NCBI GenBank assembly: GCA_964464515.1
Contig: CAYXGP010000002.1
Span: 3,130 to 67,129 of the forward strand
Origin: an uncultured Enterobacterales bacterium
GTDB lineage: Bacteria; Myxococcota_A; UBA796; UBA2385
DNA length: 64,000 nt
Direction of reading: 5' to 3'
Shown: positions 27,714 to 36,031 of the stretch, one piece after another
How the letters are laid out: every line of letters begins with the position of its first letter
How positions within the stretch are numbered: position 1 is the stretch's first letter
Made by a program: the position numbers and the translations under genes
Notes under the pieces: generated by a model
Databases searched by the model: none
Told to the model about the DNA's origin: nothing
What the model saw: the letters and a program-made list of their open reading frames with translations, nothing else

Positions 27714-28964
27714 TCAGCGCGGCGCCTCCAGGATCGTCACCCCACACAGCGCCTCATCGAACCCGACCACCCCGCCAGCGTTCTGCTGGAGACCGATGCG
27801 AGCCGGCCGCGTGACCTGCCGCGCCCCGGCCGCGCCCCGGAGCTGCGTCGTCAGCTCCTCGATCATCGCCAGCCCGGTCGCTCCCAGCGGATGACCGCGG
27901 GCGATCAGCCCCCCCGAGGTGTTGACGGGCCGAGAGCCCGCGCGCGTCGTCTCGGCCGAGGCCGCGTAGCCCCCCCCCGCTCCCGTCGCGCACAGATCGA
28001 GATCCTCCAGCGCCGCCACCTCGCAGAACGCGGTGGAGGCATGCACCTCGGCGATGTCGACGTCGTCGGGATGGATCTGTGCCCGCTCGTAGGCCCGCCG
28101 ACCCGCCCGGGCCACCACGCTGGTCTCGCCGAGGTCGCGCCATCGCGCGCCCGCCAGTGTGCAGGCCCGAACCCGCACCGCCCGCTCCCGGTGCTCCGGC
28201 GGCAGGCGCTGCAGTCCGCGCGCCGACGCCAGGAGGACCGCCGCCGCGCCGTCGCTCACCGGGCAGCACATCGAGCGGGTGAATGGATCGACCACCGGGC
28301 GATCCGCCAGGACGGCGTCGGCGCTCATGGGCCGCTGCCGCTGCGCCGCGGGGTTGAGCGCGCCGTTATCCCGACACCGAGCCGCCACCTGCGCGAGCTG
28401 CCGCGCCGTCGTGCCATGGGCGCGCATGTGGTGGCGCGCCTGCATCGCGTGGACGTCGAGGAAGATCACGCGCTGACGATGGGGGGAGAACCCCACCCCG
28501 TGCCGCTCGCCGGCCTCAGCGTAGAACCGGCGCCAGGTGTCGGGGTCCTGATTGTCGATGCCGGCGGCGAAGACCTGAAAGGTCCGGACCGGATCGCCTT
28601 CGAAGATCGTCTTCTCGACGCCCACCGCCAGGGAGAGGTCGGCCTCGCCGGAGCGGATGTCCTTGAACGCGCCGTGCAGCGCCGCCGTGCCGCTGGCGCA
28701 ACCCCCCTCGACGTTGATCACGGGGGTCCCGCGCGGCAGCGCCCCTGCGCGCATCAGCGGATCCAGACAGACCTGTCCGCGGATGTTGCCCTGGCCCCAG
28801 GCGTCCATGGCGCAATTGGAGAACCAGATCTGCTCGATCTCCCCCGCTTCGCCGGCGTCGGACAGCGCCGCGCGGACCGCCTCACCCGCCAGATCGTGGA
28901 ACGTCCGGTCGGTCCAGCGACCGAAGCGCGTGGCGCCCACGCCGACGACGAATACATCGCTCAT
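27714..28964 (-). CDS. Thiolase-family protein (SCP-x / non-specific lipid-transfer type)
   Basis: MSDVFVVGVGATRFG. Active-site NVEGGCASGTAAL. C-terminal SGGLIARGHPLGATG. ATG 28964 forms an ATGA overlap with the upstream stop. Confidence 0.85.
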   Translation of the reverse strand: MSDVFVVGVGATRFGRWTDRTFHDLAGEAVRAALSDAGEAGEIEQIWFSNCAMDAWGQGNIRGQVCLDPLMRAGALPRGTPVINVEGGCASGTAALHGAFKDIRSGEADLSLAVGVEKTIFEGDPVRTFQVFAAGIDNQDPDTWRRFYAEAGERHGVGFSPHRQRVIFLDVHAMQARHHMRAHGTTARQLAQVAARCRDNGALNPAAQRQRPMSADAVLADRPVVDPFTRSMCCPVSDGAAAVLLASARGLQRLPPEHRERAVRVRACTLAGARWRDLGETSVVARAGRRAYERAQIHPDDVDIAEVHASTAFCEVAALEDLDLCATGAGGGYAASAETTRAGSRPVNTSGGLIARGHPLGATGLAMIEELTTQLRGAAGARQVTRPARIGLQQNAGGVVGFDEALCGVTILEAPR

Positions 28965-30340
28965 GGTTCTCCCCGGGCTGCCGGATGCATCGGCCCCCCC
29001 TGATATCCCAGCGCGCGGAGCTGCTCTGCCATCGGATCGGGCGTCCCCATGAGCGGCGCCGACCTGGCCGCCGCTCCGACCGCCGCGTGGTGCTCCTTCA
29101 GGCGCGTCCGCGCGTCGATCGAGGCGTCCAGCGGCCAAAGCTCACCCGGATCCTCGCTCCGCGAGAAGCGCGAGAATCCATCCGTCGTGGTGTCCCACAG
29201 GGTGGTCTCTCCGCCCTGGCGCAGCGCGCGGAGGAGCCGCCCCCCCGCCTGCGTCTCCGAGAAGACCGGCGCGGGCTCGGGGGGCTCACCCCGCCAGCCC
29301 AACAGGTCACCGCCAGCGGTCGGCTCCTGTCCGGCGAACGTGAGGAACGTGGCGGCCAGATCGGCCGTGGAGACCGCCGCAGCGATCCGTCGCGGAGGGC
29401 TCCCCCCCGGCGGCCGGATGACCAGCGGCACCCCCACCTGCTCGACGTGCAGATCGCGGCCGTGGCCGAAGTCGCCGTGCTCCCAGAACGCCTCGCCGTG
29501 ATCACCGACGACCGCCAGCAGCGCGCCGGATCCCAGGCCGGCCCGCTCCAAGACGCCCTGCAGTCGGCGGAGCTGGGTGTCGACCGCGGTCAACTCCGCG
29601 TCGTACTGCGCCAGGTAGTAGTCGAGATCGAGTGCTGGCGCGCCGTCGCGCTGGAGCTTGAAGCAGTCGCCCATCCCATCGTACTGCGCCCGGGTGATCT
29701 GCCGCCCGGTGGGCACCGCGGGAGGCCAGTACCGCTCGTGGAGGCCCCGTGGGGGACGGTAGCGGCAGTGGGGCTCGAAGTAGTGAATCACCAGCAGGAG
29801 GGGCGCCGTGCTGCGCCGCTCCGTGAGGAACACCTCGACCTCACTCGTCAGGCGCCCACCTGACAGGCCGGGCCACGCCTGCCACGTCGCGAAGCCCCGC
29901 CGCAGGCCCCGGTCGGTCATGAAGTAGGGATTCACACCGAAAAAGGCGGTGTCGTAGCCGGCGTCTTGCAGACGACCGGCCAGGGTCTCTCCCGTCAGCC
30001 GGCGCTCGGCGTCCACCACCCCGTGCGCCGACGGCGGCATCCCGGTCAGCAGGGAGCCCACCGCGGGCAGGGTCCACGACGCGGGGGAGATGGCCCGCTC
30101 GAACCACAGCCCCTCCTGCGCGACGGCGTGGAGCGTGGGCATCACCTGTCGGCTGGCGCGATCGGCGCGCAGGGTCTCGATGATCACCAGGACCAGATCA
30201 GGCCCCCCCGTCGGCGGGGACGCGGCCTGACAGGCTGGCAGCGACACAGCGAGCAGCGCCCCGAGGGTGGCAGGGGCTCGTGAGGTGGGGGTTCGAGAGA
30301 TGGGTCGGCCGGAAACTACTGCGGCAATTGGTGCTCCCAA
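28961..30340 (-). CDS. Sulfatase-fold (alkaline phosphatase superfamily) lipoprotein with a Thr nucleophile
   Basis: Lipobox AVSLPAC. LVLVIIETLRADR metal site. TLPAVGSLLTG sits where sulfatases have CxPxR. VVGDHGE. The TTG 30340 start is uncertain. Confidence 0.75.
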   Translation of the reverse strand: MGAPIAAVVSGRPISRTPTSRAPATLGALLAVSLPACQAASPPTGGPDLVLVIIETLRADRASRQVMPTLHAVAQEGLWFERAISPASWTLPAVGSLLTGMPPSAHGVVDAERRLTGETLAGRLQDAGYDTAFFGVNPYFMTDRGLRRGFATWQAWPGLSGGRLTSEVEVFLTERRSTAPLLLVIHYFEPHCRYRPPRGLHERYWPPAVPTGRQITRAQYDGMGDCFKLQRDGAPALDLDYYLAQYDAELTAVDTQLRRLQGVLERAGLGSGALLAVVGDHGEAFWEHGDFGHGRDLHVEQVGVPLVIRPPGGSPPRRIAAAVSTADLAATFLTFAGQEPTAGGDLLGWRGEPPEPAPVFSETQAGGRLLRALRQGGETTLWDTTTDGFSRFSRSEDPGELWPLDASIDARTRLKEHHAAVGAAARSAPLMGTPDPMAEQLRALGYQGGPMHPAARGEP

Positions 30341-30408
30341 ACCGTTATCGTATGGTTGCGGTGCTGCTCCCCCGAACAGCCCGCGTTCTCTTTCGGTCGA
30401 GCGAATTC

Positions 30409-32163
30409 GTGTTCTCAGTTCAGGCGGTCAACGGCGAACACGAGGGGTTGGTCTTCCCCGTCAACGAGCGCCTCCTCCTGGGGCGCTCCAGCCGCTGCGA
30501 CATCACGCTGGTCGACAAGCGCGTGAGCCGGCGCCATGCCTGCTTCCACAACCTGGGCCGGCAGCTCCACATCGAGGATCTCAAGAGCCAGAACGGCACC
30601 CACGTCAACTCCGTCCGCATCTCCGACGCCATCCTCTACGCTGGCGACGTGGTGCGCGTCGGGCGCACGAAGTTCCGGGTCTGCGCGCCCACGGCGTCGT
30701 CGTCGCACACCATCGAGCTGGTGGAGAGCCCCGAGCAGGCCAAGCCGCAGATCGTCAAGCGGGTCAACCCCACGGTGCGGCCCAGCCTGCGGCGGATGAA
30801 GGCGGTCGATTACTTCACCGCCATCGGCGTCACCGAAGAATTCCAGCCCCAGCCGCCGTCCGATCAGCAGCTCCGCCGCAAGACCCGCGACTTCGCGGTG
30901 CTGTTCGAGATCTCACAGATCATCCAGCACAAGACCACCCTCGACGACATGCTGGAGTCGATCTCCGACGTGCTGATCGAGGTGCTGCGCTCCGACATGT
31001 GCCTGGTGGCGCTGCTCGACAACGATCAGCAGCTCGACCCGCGGGTCGTCCGCCGACGCACCCCCGAGGGCAAGCTCAAGACCAGCACGGAGCGCCTGCC
31101 GCTCAGCCGCACCGTCGCGCGCCTCGTGCTGGAAGACCGTTGCGGCGTCATCAGCGCCGACCCCCGCACCGATCATCGCTTCAAGGCCACCGACTCCAGC
31201 GACGGCGAGGCCGCCAACCGCTCCGTGCTGGCGGTGCCCATCCTGGAGGGCTCCCAGGTGACCGGCCTGATCGAGCTGGGCGGTCGCGTAGACACCGCGC
31301 GATTCGACGAGAGCGATCTCGATCTGCTGGGCGTGGTCTCATCGATGATGGGCGTCGCCATCAAGAACGTGGCGCTCGCCAAGCAGAAGGCCGAGACCAT
31401 CGACGCCCTGCGGCGGGCCCAGGAGCAGATCAAGGCCACACAGGAGCGGCTGATCCGCACCGAGCACATGGCCGAGGTGGGCCGCGTCACGTACGGCATC
31501 ACCCACGAGCTCAACAACTACCTCAACCCCCTCAACCTGGCGGAGATGCTTCAGGAGCGGTACCCGGCCGACGGCGAGCTGAACGAGATCGTCAGCACGA
31601 TGATCGCGGGCCGGGAGCGCATCTTCGAGTTGGTCGAGGACATGCGCGCCTCGGCGGCCGGCAACCGTGAGGCGCCGCGGATCATGCCCCACGGCCTGGC
31701 CGATCTGGCTGGCGAGACCCTGCGCTTCCTCCACGGCGACGCAGACATCCGACGCTGTGACGTCCAGGTGGATCCCACCTCACCCAACCCCATCGTGCGG
31801 GTGGTCGCCAAGCGCATCCAGCAGGTGATCCTCAACCTGGTGCGCAACGCCGCGCAGGCGATGGCACCGGGCGGCGGGCGCATCGTCATCAGCGTGCAGC
31901 TCGGCACCGGCTTCGCGGCCATCCTCGTCGCCGACGACGGTCCCGGCATCCCCGAGAATATCGGCGCGAAGATCTTCGAGCCGAACTTCACCACCAAGGG
32001 ACAGGGCGGCATGGGCATCGGCCTGCACCTGTCGCGCCGCATCGTCGAGGAGCACCAGGGTGAGCTGCAGTTCCGCTCCACGCTGGGCGAGGGCACGACC
32101 TTCATCCTCTCGCTGCCCATCGAGTCGCCCACCTGCACCGATCATGCGCCGACCAACGTTTGA
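30409..32163 (+). CDS. FHA-GAF sensor histidine kinase
   Basis: FHA motifs (LLLGRSSRCDITLVDKRVSRRHACF, SQNGTHVN). A GAF region. H-box ITHELNNYL, N-box LNLVRNAAQA, G1 DDGPGI, G2 GMGIGL. GTG 30409 is preferred, ATG 30352 possible. Confidence 0.85.
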   Translation: MFSVQAVNGEHEGLVFPVNERLLLGRSSRCDITLVDKRVSRRHACFHNLGRQLHIEDLKSQNGTHVNSVRISDAILYAGDVVRVGRTKFRVCAPTASSSHTIELVESPEQAKPQIVKRVNPTVRPSLRRMKAVDYFTAIGVTEEFQPQPPSDQQLRRKTRDFAVLFEISQIIQHKTTLDDMLESISDVLIEVLRSDMCLVALLDNDQQLDPRVVRRRTPEGKLKTSTERLPLSRTVARLVLEDRCGVISADPRTDHRFKATDSSDGEAANRSVLAVPILEGSQVTGLIELGGRVDTARFDESDLDLLGVVSSMMGVAIKNVALAKQKAETIDALRRAQEQIKATQERLIRTEHMAEVGRVTYGITHELNNYLNPLNLAEMLQERYPADGELNEIVSTMIAGRERIFELVEDMRASAAGNREAPRIMPHGLADLAGETLRFLHGDADIRRCDVQVDPTSPNPIVRVVAKRIQQVILNLVRNAAQAMAPGGGRIVISVQLGTGFAAILVADDGPGIPENIGAKIFEPNFTTKGQGGMGIGLHLSRRIVEEHQGELQFRSTLGEGTTFILSLPIESPTCTDHAPTNV

Positions 32164-33194
32164 CCACTCAACGCCGTGATCCAGCGACAGCGGGGCTGGT
32201 GACAGCAGAACAGGTGACTGCGGGACAGGTGTCTGCGGCCGACATCCAGGCCGCCGCCGAGCGGCTGCGCGGGCGGGTCCATCGCACCCCCATCCTGACC
32301 AGCCGCGCCATCGACCGTCTGACGGGCTGCTCGGTGTTCTTCAAGGGAGAGCACCTCCAGCGGGGCGGCGCCTTCAAGTATCGGGGAGCGCTCAACGCGG
32401 TGCTCCAACTCACCGACGAAGAGGCGCGCCGCGGCGTGATCACCCACAGCAGCGGAAACCACGCCCAGGCCGTGGCCATCGCAGCCGCGGAGCGCGGGAT
32501 CCCGGCGCACTTGATCATGCCTGAGGACAGCCTGCCGGTGAAGATCCGCGCGGTGCGCGGCTATGGCGGCGTGGTGCACCTCTGCCCGCCGACCCTCGCC
32601 GATCGGGCGACGACCGCCGCGCGCGTGCAGGCCGAGACCGGCGCGACGTTCGTCCACCCCTACGATCACCCCCGGATCATCGCCGGTCAGGCCGGCGTGG
32701 GTCTGGAGCTCGCCGAGCAGGTGTCCGACCTCGACGCGGTCATCGCCCCGGTCGGCGGCGGCGGGCTGCTCAGCGGCGTAGCGCTGGCGCTGCACCACGC
32801 GGCGCCGCACGTGACGGTATTCGGCGCAGAGCCCTCCGGGGCCGACGACGCCGCGCGCTCCCTCGCGGCGGGGCAGCGCCTCCCGCAGACCGATCCCCGC
32901 ACCATCGCCGACGGCCTCCGCACCGGCCTCGGCGCGTGCAACTGGCCCATCATCAAGCAGCACGTGGCGGGGATCATCACGATCGATGACGACGCCATCA
33001 TCGCGGCGATGCGCCTCATCTGGGAGCGCCTCAAGGCGGTGATCGAGCCCTCGGCGGCCGTGGGACTGGCAGCGCTCCTGGCGCAGCCCCACCGATTCGA
33101 CAGACAGCAATTCGGCGGGCGGGTGGGGATCGTCCTCAGCGGCGGGAACGCCGATCTCGATCGGCTCCCCTTCGGGGAGCGTGTGATCCGCTGA
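32160..33194 (+). CDS. PLP-dependent serine/threonine dehydratase family enzyme (serine-racemase-like)
   Basis: PLP-Lys motif GGAFKYRGA. HSSGNHAQA. GGGGLLSG. The start is ambiguous: TTG 32160, or one of three in-frame GTGs at 32199, 32214 and 32229. Confidence 0.85.
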   Translation: MTTQRRDPATAGLVTAEQVTAGQVSAADIQAAAERLRGRVHRTPILTSRAIDRLTGCSVFFKGEHLQRGGAFKYRGALNAVLQLTDEEARRGVITHSSGNHAQAVAIAAAERGIPAHLIMPEDSLPVKIRAVRGYGGVVHLCPPTLADRATTAARVQAETGATFVHPYDHPRIIAGQAGVGLELAEQVSDLDAVIAPVGGGGLLSGVALALHHAAPHVTVFGAEPSGADDAARSLAAGQRLPQTDPRTIADGLRTGLGACNWPIIKQHVAGIITIDDDAIIAAMRLIWERLKAVIEPSAAVGLAALLAQPHRFDRQQFGGRVGIVLSGGNADLDRLPFGERVIR

Positions 33195-33199
33195 TCTCC

Positions 33200-35356
33200 G
33201 TGCGCAAGCGCCTCGGCCTGGGGCTGCTGCTCTGCCTGCTGCTGGCAGTGGCCGTGGAGCGTCACCTGGCCACGCCGGTGCCCACCGCAGAGCCCCACAG
33301 CGCGCCCGGTCGGCGGCTGTTCCTGCTGATCATCGACTCCCTGTCGCTGAGCGATGTGGAGGGCGTCCCCGCGCTTGAGACGCTGGCCGCGGAGGGCTAC
33401 GCCGCGGAGATCGAGCCCTGCCTGGAGCGCATCACCGTCACGTGTGTCGGCGAGATGCTCACCGGCCGGCGCACGTTCTCGCTGCTGGGACTGTTCCGGA
33501 ACCAGGGCGGCCGGGGCGACGATCCGGGGCCGAATCTGCTGCGGCAGGCCCGCGCGGACGACCGCCGCGTGGGGATGATCTCCGCGGGTGACCTGGGCCG
33601 CTACATCGCCGACATCGACACCGATCGCCGCTTCAAGGAGCCCGATCCGGACGCGGAGATGGCGACCGTTCGAGAGCTGGTGACCGAGCACGATCTGGTG
33701 CTGTACCACTACATCTGGCACGACATCGTGGCGCACCGGAGCGCGGCGGACTCCAAGCGCTACGCCGACTCGCTGGAGGCGCTGCAGACGCTGGTCACGC
33801 AGATCCAGACCGACCTCCCCCCCGACATGGACCTGATGGTCTCCGGCGATCACGGCCACACCATCGACGGCCGCCACGTGCAGGGGCAGGACGTGCCCAC
33901 GTGGGTCGCTGTCCGCTCCCCGGCGGTGGCGTCTGGCCGCGCGGACGAGCGGCTGCCGATCACGGTGGTCCGCGATCTGGCGGGGCAGGTCACCGGCCTG
34001 ACCCCGGCGCAGACGGGGGAGGCCGGACCGCAGAGGGCGCCGTGGGCGGCGCTGGCGATCTGCGTCGCCCTGGCCGTGGCGGCCGGCCCCCTCGCGCTGG
34101 CCGCGCTGGCGGGCGGCGCCCTCATGGGGTTGACGCTCGATCTCTGGCTGGCGTGGATGCACACGCCGGTGCACCTCCCTCGGGTCTACGACGTCCTCGG
34201 CGTGGTGCCGGCCGCGGCCGCCGCGGCGGCGTGGGTCCGGCGGCGGACCCTCAGCTCGGCCCTCGCCGGGCTCGCGCTGGCCTGCGCGGTCATCGTCGTG
34301 GCGCTGTACCCGGTCCCCCACCACTACGGGGTGCTGAAGAACGCCTCGAACATCATGCTGACGGTGGTCGTCGGCGCAGCGGCGATGGCGCTGGTGCGGC
34401 CGGCACCTCGTCGGTGGCTGCCCGCGCTGGTCGGCGCCGTGGGCGTGTGGGCCTGGCTGAAGCTGGCCAGCTTCAAGGTGTGGAACCTGGCCATCGCCCG
34501 ATACCGCGCCGCGGCCCTGCTGGACGGCCCGGTGCCTGCGCCGCTGATCATCGGCGCGCTGATGGCAGCGCTCCACGCGCTCCTGACCCCCCGACTGCCC
34601 CCCCGGATCCGCGCCGCCACGGCGCTGCTCGCCGGGGTCCTGGCCAGCGGCGTGCTGCCCCTGCCGCCGCTGGCGTATCTGCCGCCGATGCTGCTGCTGT
34701 GCGGCGTGTTGATGCGCCGGGTCGCCCATCGCGCGGCCTGGGTCTCGCTGCTCACCGCGGCCTGCATGCCCCACCTGTTCGACGCCGACCGCACGTTCGG
34801 GATCATCGCGCTGCTGCTGGCCTCCGGGCTGGTGCTGTGGTCGCTGCGCCCCGCGGTCTCCGAGGACAGCGCCACCGAAGACAGCGCCACCGAGGACAGC
34901 CACCGCACGCGGAACGTACTGCGCGCGGTGGTCGCGCTGCTGACCGGGTACGTCGGCCTGGCCTGGAGCTTCGGGCTCACCTTGTCGGGGATCGACTTCG
35001 CCTTCGCCATGGCCTGGCTGCCCGAGGGGCGCTGGCACGAGCGCCTGTGGCTGCCGATCACCCTGCTCACCACGATGAAGGTGATGACCCCTGTGATCCT
35101 CACCGCCGAGCTGCTGCGCCGCGAAGGAGCCGACATCGCCCGGCAGGTGGGCGCGATCGCCACGACCCTGGGCAGCCTCCGGGTGTGCCTGGTGATGACG
35201 CTGGCGATCACGTGGGTCGCCGCCCGGGGCGCCGACGCCGCCGGACTGCGGCTGGCGCTGATGCTCCAGGATGGGTTCTTCTGGGCGCTGATCGCGCTGG
35301 GGTTGGGGCTGCTGCTGCCCCGTGGCGGGCCTCCTCCAAAGCCCGAGGCGGCTTGA
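33200..35356 (+). CDS. Alkaline-phosphatase-superfamily transferase with an N-terminal catalytic domain and a C-terminal polytopic membrane domain (PIG-N/PIG-O-like architecture)
   Basis: LFLLIIDSLS metal site. ITVTCVGEMLTG (Thr nucleophile position). VSGDHGH. This is followed by about 450 aa of hydrophobic helices. EDSAT x2.6 loop repeat. Confidence 0.7.
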   Translation: MRKRLGLGLLLCLLLAVAVERHLATPVPTAEPHSAPGRRLFLLIIDSLSLSDVEGVPALETLAAEGYAAEIEPCLERITVTCVGEMLTGRRTFSLLGLFRNQGGRGDDPGPNLLRQARADDRRVGMISAGDLGRYIADIDTDRRFKEPDPDAEMATVRELVTEHDLVLYHYIWHDIVAHRSAADSKRYADSLEALQTLVTQIQTDLPPDMDLMVSGDHGHTIDGRHVQGQDVPTWVAVRSPAVASGRADERLPITVVRDLAGQVTGLTPAQTGEAGPQRAPWAALAICVALAVAAGPLALAALAGGALMGLTLDLWLAWMHTPVHLPRVYDVLGVVPAAAAAAAWVRRRTLSSALAGLALACAVIVVALYPVPHHYGVLKNASNIMLTVVVGAAAMALVRPAPRRWLPALVGAVGVWAWLKLASFKVWNLAIARYRAAALLDGPVPAPLIIGALMAALHALLTPRLPPRIRAATALLAGVLASGVLPLPPLAYLPPMLLLCGVLMRRVAHRAAWVSLLTAACMPHLFDADRTFGIIALLLASGLVLWSLRPAVSEDSATEDSATEDSHRTRNVLRAVVALLTGYVGLAWSFGLTLSGIDFAFAMAWLPEGRWHERLWLPITLLTTMKVMTPVILTAELLRREGADIARQVGAIATTLGSLRVCLVMTLAITWVAARGADAAGLRLALMLQDGFFWALIALGLGLLLPRGGPPPKPEAA

Positions 35357-36004
35357 TCAGCCCGAGAACGCGCTCGAGACGGCCTTCACATCCGAGCCGA
35401 GGTTGGTGATCAGCTTCTTGGACTTGTCGGGCAGCTTGCCCGCGACCTCGAGGTTGGTCTTGAACTGCTTGACCTGATCGAGCCGCTCCCTCCACTCGGA
35501 CAGCTTGAAGCCGCCCAGCTCGTCCTTGAGATCGGACATCTTGAGCTTCTTGGCCTTCTTGGAGACAGACTTGACCTGCGGCGGGATGTCTTCCAGGGAC
35601 TTCAGCAGCCCGACGTACAGGTTGGCGGCGCTGTTGACCGCGTCGATGGCCTCCTGCACGTTGGTGGGCACCGCGTCGGTGGCCTTCAGCGTGGGGGTGG
35701 AGCCGTTCATGGCCACCGTGATCTTGCCCTCGGCGCGCGCCGACAGCTCGGCGAGGGCGTCGGTGAAGGCGGTGCTCTTGTCGATCTCCAGCACGTTGTT
35801 GATCTTCTTCCGGGCACGGTGGCGCTTCTTTCGCGCATCGGTGAGGATGTCATCCACCACCTTGACCTCGTTGAAGACCTCGTCGAAGGAGTCGATCCCG
35901 ATGGCCTCGATCGACGCTGAACTCTTGGCCCAGGCGTCGGCGGGTGTGGCAGAGAGTCCGCCGAGGGCGAAGGCCAGGGTCACGATTCGCAGGGTGTGCC
36001 GCAT
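35357..36004 (-). CDS. Secreted Lys-rich helical protein, unknown function
   Basis: Signal peptide LRIVTLAFALGGLSATPADA. K/E/D-rich, predicted helical. Coding-like but less GC-rich than its neighbours. Confidence 0.65.
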   Translation of the reverse strand: MRHTLRIVTLAFALGGLSATPADAWAKSSASIEAIGIDSFDEVFNEVKVVDDILTDARKKRHRARKKINNVLEIDKSTAFTDALAELSARAEGKITVAMNGSTPTLKATDAVPTNVQEAIDAVNSAANLYVGLLKSLEDIPPQVKSVSKKAKKLKMSDLKDELGGFKLSEWRERLDQVKQFKTNLEVAGKLPDKSKKLITNLGSDVKAVSSAFSG

Positions 36005-36031
36005 TCCAACTCCCGAACGTCAGGGGGGCGC

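Noticed and set aside
32687-35038. 783-aa minus-strand ORF
   Set aside because: It is antisense to the dehydratase and the PIG-N-like membrane protein. The translation is Arg/Gln/Gly/Pro-rich junk.
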